A stretch of DNA of 64,000 nucleotides from Fibrobacteria bacterium. GTDB taxonomy: Bacteria; Fibrobacterota; Chitinivibrionia; Chitinivibrionales; FEN-1185. Positions 55,712-64,000 of the stretch are shown here, one piece after another; position 1 is the stretch's first letter, and every line of letters starts with the position of its first letter. The stretch is from NCBI GenBank assembly GCA_037447435.1, contig JBBIGR010000014.1:21305-85304 (forward strand). The letters are read 5' to 3'. Made by a program: the position numbers and the translations under genes. The notes under the pieces were generated by a model. That model was not told the origin of the DNA and searched no databases. It saw nothing but the letters and a program-made list of their open reading frames with translations.

Positions 55712-56536
55712 ATGCTCATCACCGATTATCTCCCTTTTGTCCCGGGGCATACTCCCGGCCATGGCCCGACCGCCACGGACCAATGGTTGTTATTTTCCGG
55801 TTCAAAATTATTATTCGGCAATAAAAACGATCTTCCGACCACTGCCGAAATTCCGTTTTTGCCGCAGCCGACCAATACCGCCTTATACCTCGGTAATTCG
55901 GGGCCGACACAATACTTCTGCGCAAATGTTCCAACGGAATCAAAGGCGCCTGCGTCTTTTGATTTTGTAGAATTAAGAACCGCTCTGTTACGGGCAACAC
56001 CCGATACGTTTATGATCATAAGCAGGGCCAGCAAACTCTTATCATGGGAAAAGCTCAATCGGTTTTGCGGACAATGCGGCGGCCCAACCGTCGATAAAGC
56101 AACCGAGCACGCAAAGGAATGTACCGCTTGCAAAACAGTCGTGTATCCGCGAATATCGCCCGCCGTCATTGTTGCAATAGTAAACAACGGTAAACTGCTT
56201 CTGGCCAGAAAAAAAGACTGGCCGTACAAATTTCACAGCGTCATTGCGGGATTTGTCGAAGCCGGCGAATCGTTGGAGACTTGCGCCAAAAGGGAAGCGT
56301 TCGAAGAAGTCGGCATCAGGATAAAAAACATCCGGTATTTTGCCAGTCAACCGTGGCCGTTTCCCGACTCGCTCATGTGCGCCTTTACCTCCGAATACGA
56401 CGGCGGGGAAATCGTCGTTGACAATGTCGAACTGGAAACGGCGGATTGGTATGGTCCCTCGGAACTTCCAGCAATACCTGCGCCGGGCAGCGTTTCTCGG
56501 AAACTCATAGACTGGTTTGTGCAAACCTATTCCTGA
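55712..56536 (+). CDS. nudC: NAD+ diphosphatase (NudC-type Nudix hydrolase)
   Basis: Zinc ribbon CGQCGG...CTAC, followed by the Nudix box GFVEAGESLETCAKREAFEEVG. Confidence 0.85.
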   Translation: MLITDYLPFVPGHTPGHGPTATDQWLLFSGSKLLFGNKNDLPTTAEIPFLPQPTNTALYLGNSGPTQYFCANVPTESKAPASFDFVELRTALLRATPDTFMIISRASKLLSWEKLNRFCGQCGGPTVDKATEHAKECTACKTVVYPRISPAVIVAIVNNGKLLLARKKDWPYKFHSVIAGFVEAGESLETCAKREAFEEVGIRIKNIRYFASQPWPFPDSLMCAFTSEYDGGEIVVDNVELETADWYGPSELPAIPAPGSVSRKLIDWFVQTYS

Positions 56537-56557
56537 TTTTAACCGATCGGATTTCGC

Positions 56558-57076
56558 ATGATTGCTATTTTACGAAAACGCCGCAGTATCAGAAAATATG
56601 CTGATAAGAAAATCGGCAAGGCGGCCATCGCCGTACTGAAAGAATCCCTGCTTCGGTCGCCTTCGTCGCGCGATATAAAACCGTGGGAATTTGTTTTTGT
56701 TTCCGATCCCCAAACACTGCACAAGCTTTCGGCTGCAAAAGAACACGGCAGCGAATTTCTCAAGAATTCAGGTCTTGGTATAGTGGTCTGTGCAGACGAA
56801 ACTAAATCGGACGTTTGGATCGAAGATTGTTCGATTGCATCGACGATTGCGCATTGTACCGCCCACACTTTAGGCTTGGGAAGTTGCTGGATTCAAATTC
56901 GCAACCGTAGACATTCTGAAAAAATCACGTCCGAAAAATTCATCAAAAAAATACTTGGTATTCCATCACATATCCGTGTAGAAGCTATAATCAGCATTGG
57001 CATACCTGCGGAAAGTAAAAAACCGCTGGGTAAAAGAAAATTGCTCTATAGTAAAATTCATGAAAACACCTATTAA
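56558..57076 (+). CDS. Nitroreductase family protein
   Basis: LRKRRSIRKYADKKI and SPSSRDIKPWEF blocks; 172 aa. Confidence 0.8.
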   Translation: MIAILRKRRSIRKYADKKIGKAAIAVLKESLLRSPSSRDIKPWEFVFVSDPQTLHKLSAAKEHGSEFLKNSGLGIVVCADETKSDVWIEDCSIASTIAHCTAHTLGLGSCWIQIRNRRHSEKITSEKFIKKILGIPSHIRVEAIISIGIPAESKKPLGKRKLLYSKIHENTY

Positions 57077-57134
57077 TAGTATTTGCAATAATTTGTTATT
57101 TTCTTTTTGATACGCTTCGCCGATAATTTATTTT

Positions 57135-57159
57135 ATAGTTTATAAATATTATAAACTAT
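57135..57159. promoter_or_regulatory. Perfect 25-bp palindrome upstream of the Cys/Met PLP gene pair (candidate operator)
   Basis: ATAGTTTATAA-ATA-TTATAAACTAT, with 11-bp arms, lies 76-100 nt upstream of the ATG at 57235. Confidence 0.4.
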
Positions 57160-57234
57160 TTATTGTTTGATATTATATTAATGTTATTTGAATGCATATT
57201 AATTGTTTTATCAGTGAAAGTTAGATTATAGCTT

Positions 57235-58389
57235 ATGAATAAAAATCAAGGCAATATTGCAACTAAGCTTTGTCAGGTCGGTTTGTGCACAGACGAAAAA
57301 ACCGGTGCTATCAGCACGCCCATTTACCAAACAGCGACGTTTAGGCATATTGGTCCCGGACAATCTACGGGATACGATTATTCACGCACCTTAAATCCCA
57401 CTCGAGAAGTGCTTGAAAAAGAAATAGCAGGCCTGGAAAACGGCGATTGCGGTTTTGCTTTTTCATCGGGCATGGCGGCAATCGCAGCAGTCGTCGGAAT
57501 TTTTAAACCCGGCGATACCATCCTGGCTTCGGACGATTTATACGGCGGTACATACCGATTTTTCGAAACATTTGCCAGGCCTCACGGAATAAAAACGTTA
57601 TATGTGGATACAACGAAAGACAAAGAAGTTGCCGCCCTTTTTTCAAAAGAGAAAATTGCCGGCATATTCATTGAAACACCCACAAACCCGATTATGAAAA
57701 TTACCGATGTAAAAAAAATGGCTGCGCTCGCAAAAAACAACAATGCGATCGTCATTGTCGATAACACGTTCATGACGCCGCTGTTGCAACAGCCTATCGG
57801 CCTCGGTGCGGATGTGGTGATTCATAGCGGAACAAAATTCCTTGCCGGCCACAACGACACCCTGTGCGGACTTGTGGTGACAAAATCGCAGAAACTTTCG
57901 GAACGGATCGGTTTCATTCAAAATGCTTCGGGCGGCATATTGTCGCCGTTCGATTCCTGGCTTGTTTTGCGCGGCATCAAAACGCTTTCCGTTCGCCTTG
58001 AACGTTCACAGAATAACGCGCAAAAAATCGCAACGTGGCTTTCCCGGCATCCTCATGTTGTCAACACCTACTATCCGGGCCTTGTTTCGCATCCCGGAGC
58101 CGCGCTCCACAAAAAGCAAGCAAGCGGACCCGGGGCCATCATTTCATTTCGCGTTACCAATGCAAAACGGGCACTCTCGATATTACGAAACGTCAAAGTC
58201 ATATCGTTTGCCGAGAGTCTGGGCGGCGTTGAAACGCTTATAACCCATCCGTCGCGGCAAACGCACACCGACATTCCTTTGACAACCCGACAATGCCTCG
58301 GCATTTCCGACGATTTGCTCCGGCTGTCGGTAGGCATAGAACACGTTGACGATCTTATCGCAGACCTTAAAACCGCTTTGGAGAAATAA
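57235..58389 (+). CDS. Cys/Met-metabolism PLP enzyme (cystathionine gamma-synthase/beta-lyase family)
   Basis: YSRTLNPTR, SSGMAAI, DNTFMTP and HSGTKFLAGHND (PLP lysine); 384 aa. Confidence 0.85.
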   Translation: MNKNQGNIATKLCQVGLCTDEKTGAISTPIYQTATFRHIGPGQSTGYDYSRTLNPTREVLEKEIAGLENGDCGFAFSSGMAAIAAVVGIFKPGDTILASDDLYGGTYRFFETFARPHGIKTLYVDTTKDKEVAALFSKEKIAGIFIETPTNPIMKITDVKKMAALAKNNNAIVIVDNTFMTPLLQQPIGLGADVVIHSGTKFLAGHNDTLCGLVVTKSQKLSERIGFIQNASGGILSPFDSWLVLRGIKTLSVRLERSQNNAQKIATWLSRHPHVVNTYYPGLVSHPGAALHKKQASGPGAIISFRVTNAKRALSILRNVKVISFAESLGGVETLITHPSRQTHTDIPLTTRQCLGISDDLLRLSVGIEHVDDLIADLKTALEK

Positions 58390-58392
58390 TTT

Positions 58393-59553
58393 ATGGACAT
58401 ACATAACCCTGTCAATTACGATACGTCTATATTACACGGCGCTGCAGACCGGGACGAAGTAACGGGCGCGCTTTCCATTCCAATTTATAATGCCTCGACA
58501 TTTCACCAAAAGGACATTTCCGTTCGTCAGGAATTCGATTACGGCCGTTCGGGAAACCCCACGCGCAAAGCATTGGAAGAAACGCTTGCAGGACTTGAAA
58601 GCGGGCATAGCGCCTATGCGTTTTCTTCCGGCATGTCGGCCATACACGCCGCAATAACCGCATTTGTAAAGGCTGGAGACCACATCGTGGTTACCCGGGA
58701 CATTTACGGAGGTTCGTACCGCTTTCTTACGGGATTTTTGTCCAAATTCGGCGTCACGCATACGTTTGTCGACACCACGGACCCGAAAAATGCTTTAGCA
58801 GCCATCCAGCCCAACACGAAAATCCTGTTCCTCGAAAGTCCGTCAAACCCTCTGTTGAAAATCACGGACATAGTCGCGCATGTAAAAATCGCAAAAGACC
58901 ACGACCTTGTGTCTATGATAGATAATACTTTTCTGTCGCCGTATTTTTTGCGTCCTCTTGAACTCGGTATTGACATAAGTATTCACAGTGCGACAAAATT
59001 TTTAGGCGGTCATAGCGATCTGATCGCCGGTGCCGTTATTGCAAAAACGAAAGATTTGGCAAGTTCTGTTCACTATGTACAAAACACCTGCGGTGCGGTC
59101 CTTTCGCCACAGGATTCCTGGCTTCTTTTACGCGGCATCAAAACGCTTGCTGCCCGCATGACGCATCAGCAAAAAACAGCCCTTACCGTGGCGGCATGGC
59201 TGCAAAAACAGTCATGGGTAAAATCCGTTTTTTTCCCCGGCCTCCAAACCCATCCCGGCCATAATATCCTTACCGGTCAAGCACACGGATTCGGCTGCGT
59301 ACTATCATTTGAAACCGATACCACCGAACGGTTGAACACGCTTGTCAAAAACGTGAAAATCCTTACTGTCGCGGTCAGCCTGGGCGGGGTCGAAAGCATT
59401 TTATCGTTTCCGGCAAAAATGTCGCATGCCGCAATGCCGGCTTCGACCCGGGCCCAACTCGGCATTTCCGACACTTTGCTCAGGTTGTCGATTGGCCTTG
59501 AAAACGCGGACGATATTATCGCGGATTTGGACAATAGCGCAAAGCCGTCGTAG
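58393..59553 (+). CDS. Cys/Met-metabolism PLP enzyme, second paralog (cystathionine beta-lyase/gamma-synthase family)
   Basis: YGRSGNPTR, SSGMSAI, DNTFLSP and HSATKFLGGHSD; 386 aa. It starts 3 nt after the previous stop. Confidence 0.85.
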   Translation: MDIHNPVNYDTSILHGAADRDEVTGALSIPIYNASTFHQKDISVRQEFDYGRSGNPTRKALEETLAGLESGHSAYAFSSGMSAIHAAITAFVKAGDHIVVTRDIYGGSYRFLTGFLSKFGVTHTFVDTTDPKNALAAIQPNTKILFLESPSNPLLKITDIVAHVKIAKDHDLVSMIDNTFLSPYFLRPLELGIDISIHSATKFLGGHSDLIAGAVIAKTKDLASSVHYVQNTCGAVLSPQDSWLLLRGIKTLAARMTHQQKTALTVAAWLQKQSWVKSVFFPGLQTHPGHNILTGQAHGFGCVLSFETDTTERLNTLVKNVKILTVAVSLGGVESILSFPAKMSHAAMPASTRAQLGISDTLLRLSIGLENADDIIADLDNSAKPS

Positions 59554-59607
59554 GCGATGAACCGTTCAGGGAAATCGGAACAGGCATCCACCTCCTACGA
59601 GACATCT

Positions 59608-61914
59608 TTACGGATACGCTGCGAGTCTTGCTATATTTGAATGGCCGTTGCCCGCCACTGCCGACGCCCCGACGCCGTTGATGATATGGGTAATGATTCC
59701 CACATTACTGCTGAGCCCCACCGTGAGAAGATTATGCATTTTTATTCCCGGTGCGTTGGCTGGAACTTCGAAAGCATTGTCGACCACGACCCCGTTCGTG
59801 TGAATTGCCGCATATGCACCGCCTGCCCAGCATTCATGTGTCGTTACCGGATTACCGACCTTATATGATGCCCAACCGTTGCCTGATCCGTTTTTCCACG
59901 CGGCTTGGTTCGGCATATCGTAGGGAAACTCGCTTTGATATAGGTATGTTCGCCCTAAGTTGCCGTTCCAAATTGTTTGATATTCCTGCATATGCTCTAC
60001 AAACAAACCATAAATGGTTACGTCGTTGCCGTTTACTATGATTCCGTTTGCATTTTTATTTACGGTCCAACTTGCACCGGTCCCATGATCCGCACGCCAT
60101 AGCCAAACATGGTCGACGATGACATCGCTGCTGTTTATCGTTACCATACACGACGTCATTCCGCTGAATTCTCCCCCTGCCCTGCAAAAGATATCCCATA
60201 CGCAACTTGGGTCGAGGGAATGGCTGGCGGTGCAACCGGTTTCGCCGATAACCACAAGATTTGCCGAATTAATTGTTGAAGCATCAACGATAAATCCACC
60301 TATTTTCAGACCGTCCACGTCGGCAGCCTCGAGAGCGGGCGTTCCTTTTACAGGACAAAGAGACGGCATACCAATGCCGAGGACTATGGTTTGTGGCCTC
60401 GTTATCTTGATACTTGCGTCGAGATTGTAGATACCCGGAGTGAACAACAGGTTTTTTCCTTGGTCAAGAGCCGCGTTGATGGTTGTCGCATTGTCTGTTG
60501 ATGCGTGTGCGATGTAAAACAAATCAATCGGAACGACCGAGCCCGTAATATTTCCATTTGTCCAGCTCATTCCCAGAGTACTGTCTTTTTTCAGATCCGG
60601 AACCATAACGCTGTAATTGCCGTTATTGTCGACAAATAAAAACGGTTTTTCGCGAATGATAGGCGTTTTGGGGATTATGGTATACGGCGGATTGGGCCAA
60701 ACCCCGGTTGGCGGATTGACATTTCCCACATAGACGAAGTTCCATCCTGTCGAGGACCATTTTCCATACTGGGAATTTCGTGAAAGCCACTGTTGCTGCC
60801 ATTGGTTTATGGTACCGTCAATTTTTGAATCCGCAATAAACCCGCCGCTGCCCGAACCGCCTGAGGCCGAAATGTCGAGGTTCCCCTTGACATGCATGCG
60901 GCGGTACGGTGCTGCCTGCGAAACGGCCCACCGTGTTGTTCCCGAAGCAGGAACAATGCACATTCCCGCTGCCGATCTCCAGAAATTGCATGTCCCGTTC
61001 CCACCCATCCAATCCGACTCTGCATGAACCGATCCGTTCACCACGACGCTGTCGGGAGATAATCCCAAACCAAGCACCTCCGTGTAGAATCCTACGTTGA
61101 TATCCAAATTGCTATAAGTACCGGGTTTGAGAAGAATCGCGTAGCGGGCAGATCCGAATTGATTCGCCTCCTGCTGTGTAAATATCTTTGTTGCTTGGCT
61201 TTGCATAGTGGCTACCGGTGTCGCCGGATCGAATATGTACGTGTTAGGACCGAAATCGGGTGCAACCGGGCTTGACATAGTAATATTAATAACCCCGGTA
61301 GTCGAAGCCAGTCTTTCGACATGAGACGCATACCCCGGTTTTGCGGCCTGCAACCAGTCGGTCCCTGTCGTTTTCGCAAGTCCTTGGGTCTGAGTAGTTG
61401 ATAATTCAGTAATACGGTAATTGCTGGATGCTAGCGGAAAAACCCGATATGCCGATGTTCGATCGCCGGTTTTCACGCTTAAAAGATACAAGGCTTTGCC
61501 ATAATTATCGAGCCGGCAGGGCATCGAGGTGATGCCCGCATTCAACATACCGGTAAACAAGGTCGAAACGCAGCGCCCATCCGTCGTGAAAAGCTTTACC
61601 GAAGCATAATGCCTCGAAGCGGCTTTAAAAAAGAATTGATTGTTTTGAAATGAAATTCCGTTTAAACTTTTACTCTCTTTGTTTGGTAAAACCGAACCGG
61701 TTCCAATTCCTGCAAGGGAATAAAGCCCATCATCTTTTGTAGTATCTTTTATCTGGGCAGCCATTAATTGGACAATTACACCGGAAAGGGGTTGCCCGCT
61801 TGCGTTGGTTACTTTACCCGAAATTGAAACGGTTTGCGCGTTTCCGGATAATGCGCAAAGCATCATCATAATCAACGCCTTTTTCATGGGCCGCTCCTTA
61901 TTTATGTTAATCAC
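59608..61914 (-). CDS. Secreted carbohydrate-active-like protein: CarboxypepD_reg-like N-domain plus pectate-lyase-fold beta-helix region
   Basis: Signal peptide, then SISGKVTNASGQPLSGVIVQL (Ig-like regulatory fold). The long beta-rich region has GLGLSPDSVVVNG and VWLWRADHG, recalling pectate_lyase_3/GH55-like proteins. The family is not certain. Confidence 0.5.
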   Translation of the reverse strand: MININKERPMKKALIMMMLCALSGNAQTVSISGKVTNASGQPLSGVIVQLMAAQIKDTTKDDGLYSLAGIGTGSVLPNKESKSLNGISFQNNQFFFKAASRHYASVKLFTTDGRCVSTLFTGMLNAGITSMPCRLDNYGKALYLLSVKTGDRTSAYRVFPLASSNYRITELSTTQTQGLAKTTGTDWLQAAKPGYASHVERLASTTGVINITMSSPVAPDFGPNTYIFDPATPVATMQSQATKIFTQQEANQFGSARYAILLKPGTYSNLDINVGFYTEVLGLGLSPDSVVVNGSVHAESDWMGGNGTCNFWRSAAGMCIVPASGTTRWAVSQAAPYRRMHVKGNLDISASGGSGSGGFIADSKIDGTINQWQQQWLSRNSQYGKWSSTGWNFVYVGNVNPPTGVWPNPPYTIIPKTPIIREKPFLFVDNNGNYSVMVPDLKKDSTLGMSWTNGNITGSVVPIDLFYIAHASTDNATTINAALDQGKNLLFTPGIYNLDASIKITRPQTIVLGIGMPSLCPVKGTPALEAADVDGLKIGGFIVDASTINSANLVVIGETGCTASHSLDPSCVWDIFCRAGGEFSGMTSCMVTINSSDVIVDHVWLWRADHGTGASWTVNKNANGIIVNGNDVTIYGLFVEHMQEYQTIWNGNLGRTYLYQSEFPYDMPNQAAWKNGSGNGWASYKVGNPVTTHECWAGGAYAAIHTNGVVVDNAFEVPANAPGIKMHNLLTVGLSSNVGIITHIINGVGASAVAGNGHSNIARLAAYP

Positions 61915-61993
61915 TTGTAATTTTAACGATTAAGCAGGATGAAACCGACAGATCCATCTGTACCAATATATGGCTAATATATAGAATGGGCTA

Positions 61994-62022
61994 TTGACTC
62001 CACCATCTTTTTTATGTACAAT
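61994..62022 (+). promoter_or_regulatory. Sigma70-like promoter upstream of trxA
   Basis: TTGACT-N17-TACAAT. It implies a ~108-nt leader before the trxA ATG. Confidence 0.55.
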
Positions 62023-62136
62023 ACACACAAGATACATACTCTGTACTTATTTTTTTCAGGCGAGGTACCGAACTTTTTCGTTAAATTTTAATTGTCTTGC
62101 TTCGGCCCGATATTTGCGGTTTAATTTAACGGAGGT

Positions 62137-62451
62137 GTGAAAATGGCAAATACTAAAAGTTTCCAGGAATTCATAGAAACCCACGAGAAACCGATTCTTG
62201 CGGATTTTTGGGCCAGTTGGTGCGGCCCTTGTAAGATGATGGCGCCTATTCTTGCAACGCTTGCTAAAGAATGGAAGGAGCGTTTGACTATTATAAAAGT
62301 GGATACGGAAGCAAAACCCTTTCTTTCGCAGCAATATGCGATTGCTTCCATACCTACCATGATCCTTTTTAAAAACGGGAAAGAATTGCATAGGATAAGC
62401 GGGGCAATTCCTCTTGTTAACCTTAAGGCAATATTAAGCGAGTTTGTTTAG
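62137..62451 (+). CDS. trxA: Thioredoxin
   Basis: WASWCGPCKMMAP active site; 104 aa. RBS GGAGGTG. Confidence 0.95.
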   Translation: MKMANTKSFQEFIETHEKPILADFWASWCGPCKMMAPILATLAKEWKERLTIIKVDTEAKPFLSQQYAIASIPTMILFKNGKELHRISGAIPLVNLKAILSEFV

Positions 62452-62481
62452 AATTTTTTGCCATGTTTATCGACACTGGAA

Positions 62482-63204
62482 TCATTTTTTTTCGGGTGAA
62501 CCACAATTGGTTTTAATGCCTCGGAGAACTGAGTTTTTTCCGCCAAATCCGGGCACGCGCTCGACCGTGAATCCCGCAGAAGAAAGTGCCCGCCTCACCG
62601 CTCCGGCAACGGTATACGTGGCACAAGTGCCGTGCAACACGGTCTTTTCTCCAATTGCGGATAAAAGTTCGGGGCTCCAAATTGTAGGATTTTTTTTAGG
62701 GCCATGACCATCGAGAAACCAGGCGTCACACGGTTTAGAGAGCGCATTAACCATTTCAAGCGCTTCACCGATCCAAAGATTGAGGGAAATAGTGCCAAAA
62801 CCTCCTTCAAAATACAGCGCATGCCACCCTGGTTTTGAAATGTCAATGTGATCGTATGAATTTACAAGTAAGTTTATCAGCGGACCAACTCGAGGTTTGA
62901 AACTTTCGAGTATGGCAGCCATTCGTTCCGAAGTAATTGGATGTAATTCAACGGAATTATAACAAATGGTCTGCCCTATAATTTTGTTTTGCTCTAAAAA
63001 ATCCATAAGAGAAATAAGCACTCGCCCGGCGCCAAAACCGGTTTCGCCGATCTTAAATTCGTTGTCCGATTTAGAAGCATTAGACAACGAATTGAGGATA
63101 TTACATCCGTTGAAATAAATCTGCTTTGCTTCTTCCAATGCATTCACGACATCGAAATATCGATCGTCATAAAACTCATTGACAAGATATGGGGGGATAT
63201 TCAT
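62482..63204 (-). CDS. tRNA (mnm5s2U34) methyltransferase domain protein (MnmC C-terminal/MnmD type, DUF752)
   Basis: ETGFGAGRV, AWFLDGHGPKKNPTIWSPELL and TYTVAGAVRRALSSAGFTVERVPGFGGK match the stand-alone MnmC methyltransferase domain. Confidence 0.75.
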   Translation of the reverse strand: MNIPPYLVNEFYDDRYFDVVNALEEAKQIYFNGCNILNSLSNASKSDNEFKIGETGFGAGRVLISLMDFLEQNKIIGQTICYNSVELHPITSERMAAILESFKPRVGPLINLLVNSYDHIDISKPGWHALYFEGGFGTISLNLWIGEALEMVNALSKPCDAWFLDGHGPKKNPTIWSPELLSAIGEKTVLHGTCATYTVAGAVRRALSSAGFTVERVPGFGGKNSVLRGIKTNCGSPEKK

Positions 63205-63308
63205 GAGTAATAATTTATATAAAGCTGCTTAATAATTCCATTTGACTTTATTTCCAAGACCTGTTATATTTATGAATAATGATTCATTAATAGCTTAAGG
63301 ATAGAATC

Positions 63309-63899
63309 ATGCGTACTAAAGAAGGTAACAAAGAAAAGGCGATAATCGATGCGGCAATCAGCGTCTTTGCCGGTGTCGGGTATTTTGATGCAAAGATTCA
63401 CCGAATCGCCGACAAAGCAGATGTGGCCACCGGAACCGTGTACCTCTATTTCGGTAATAAAGAGAAAATACTTTTAAAAATATTCGATTCGGTATGGAGT
63501 GAGTTATTCACTATTATGGAGCGAAATTACAAGCGTCACGATATAAATTCGGTTGAAAAATTCAATGGCGCCATTGACGCGATTTTCGACTATTTCACCT
63601 CAAATCCGTCCTTGGCTCTGGTTTTTGTCAACGAACAAAACCATATTGCATCAAAAAGTCATCATTTTACATCGTATTATGAAAAAACACTGGCCATAAT
63701 AGATTCGGTTTTTGAGGAAGGCGTCAAAACCGGGTTGTTCAATGAAAACGTCACCACCCCCATTTTCAGTTCGTTTTTCTTCGGCGGCATGCGGTTTCTT
63801 CTTCATCAATGGGCGTATCATAAAAACAAATTTGCACTGAGCGATATCCGGCAAAACGCAAAACTGATTATGCTCCACGGTGTTGCCAAAACGCGGTAA
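63309..63899 (+). CDS. TetR/AcrR family transcriptional regulator
   Basis: N-terminal HTH FAGVGYFDAKIHRIADKADVATGTVYLYFGNKEKIL; 196 aa. Confidence 0.85.
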   Translation: MRTKEGNKEKAIIDAAISVFAGVGYFDAKIHRIADKADVATGTVYLYFGNKEKILLKIFDSVWSELFTIMERNYKRHDINSVEKFNGAIDAIFDYFTSNPSLALVFVNEQNHIASKSHHFTSYYEKTLAIIDSVFEEGVKTGLFNENVTTPIFSSFFFGGMRFLLHQWAYHKNKFALSDIRQNAKLIMLHGVAKTR

Positions 63900-64000
63900 T
63901 ATGTGATTTAATTATTTGATGAAATGTAGGCCTTAAGGACATTTTTATGAAACATGATTCATTTATTATTAAAGGGTTTCTTATGATAACTTCCCAATCG

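Noticed and set aside
57077-57234. I looked for an S-box/SAM riboswitch or a Met/Cys-rich leader ORF upstream of the transsulfuration genes.
   Set aside because: The region is extremely AT-rich with no GC-rich helices. The only small ORF (MLFECILIVLSVKVRL) has no regulatory-codon bias. A covariance-model scan would be needed to be sure.
62056-62391. 111-aa minus-strand ORF overlapping trxA.
   Set aside because: It is antisense to a canonical thioredoxin (WCGPC), and its translation is not protein-like.
63272-63287. ATGAAT-aatg-ATTCAT inverted repeat upstream of the second TetR gene.
   Set aside because: The arms are only 6 bp and sit in AT-rich sequence. It is a plausible operator but not distinguishable from chance.
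63947-64000. Possible start of a further + strand gene (MKHDSFIIKGFLMITSQS...).
   Set aside because: Only 18 codons lie inside the window, so it cannot be supported.
1-64000. I searched by eye for rRNA, tRNA, CRISPR arrays, IS elements, integrases, toxin-antitoxin pairs, reverse transcriptases and obvious phage-defence genes.
   Set aside because: I recognised none. All intergenic regions are under 420 bp, and none shows cloverleaf-like or regularly spaced repeat structure. A tRNAscan/Infernal/defence-finder run is needed to confirm.

Overview
This is a 64-kb chromosomal window from a Gram-negative, flagellated bacterium. GC looks moderate by eye; I did not compute it. All family calls come from motif recognition on the supplied ORF translations, with no database search. 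I support about 58 protein-coding genes. I found no rRNA, tRNA, CRISPR array, transposase or integrase. Main blocks, in order: (1) an ABC-2 exporter, a MATE pump and a secreted GH18 enzyme with a T9SS-type C-terminal tail; (2) flagellin with a sigma28-like promoter and a CsrA-type hairpin in its leader; (3) an eight-gene type IV pilus / type II secretion-like operon (10.7-19.2 kb) with an ATPase, a secretin, alignment proteins and three minor-pilin-like proteins, but no platform protein, prepilin peptidase or major pilin; (4) housekeeping genes (spoIID-like, def, yajC); (5) an NfeD-flotillin pair; (6) a giant TPR protein divergent from a TPR-GT41 glycosyltransferase; (7) a divergent module of a cNMP-binding regulator plus two paralogous secreted beta-helix proteins and a lipoprotein; (8) a Tat-signal Fe/Mn SOD, then TetR-fabF, ychF and an acyltransferase; (9) a seven-gene branched-chain amino-acid operon, ilvB-ilvN-ilvC-leuA-leuB-cimA-ilvE; (10) metH, nudC and two tandem Cys/Met PLP enzymes; (11) trxA, an mnmC-type methyltransferase and a second TetR. 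The best-supported new observation is a 35-codon Ile/Val/Leu-rich leader peptide, too short for the ORF track, with a terminator/antiterminator switch upstream of ilvB. The most system-like unknowns are the incomplete pilus/secretion operon and the cNMP-regulator/beta-helix module. I cannot show that either is a new system from sequence alone.
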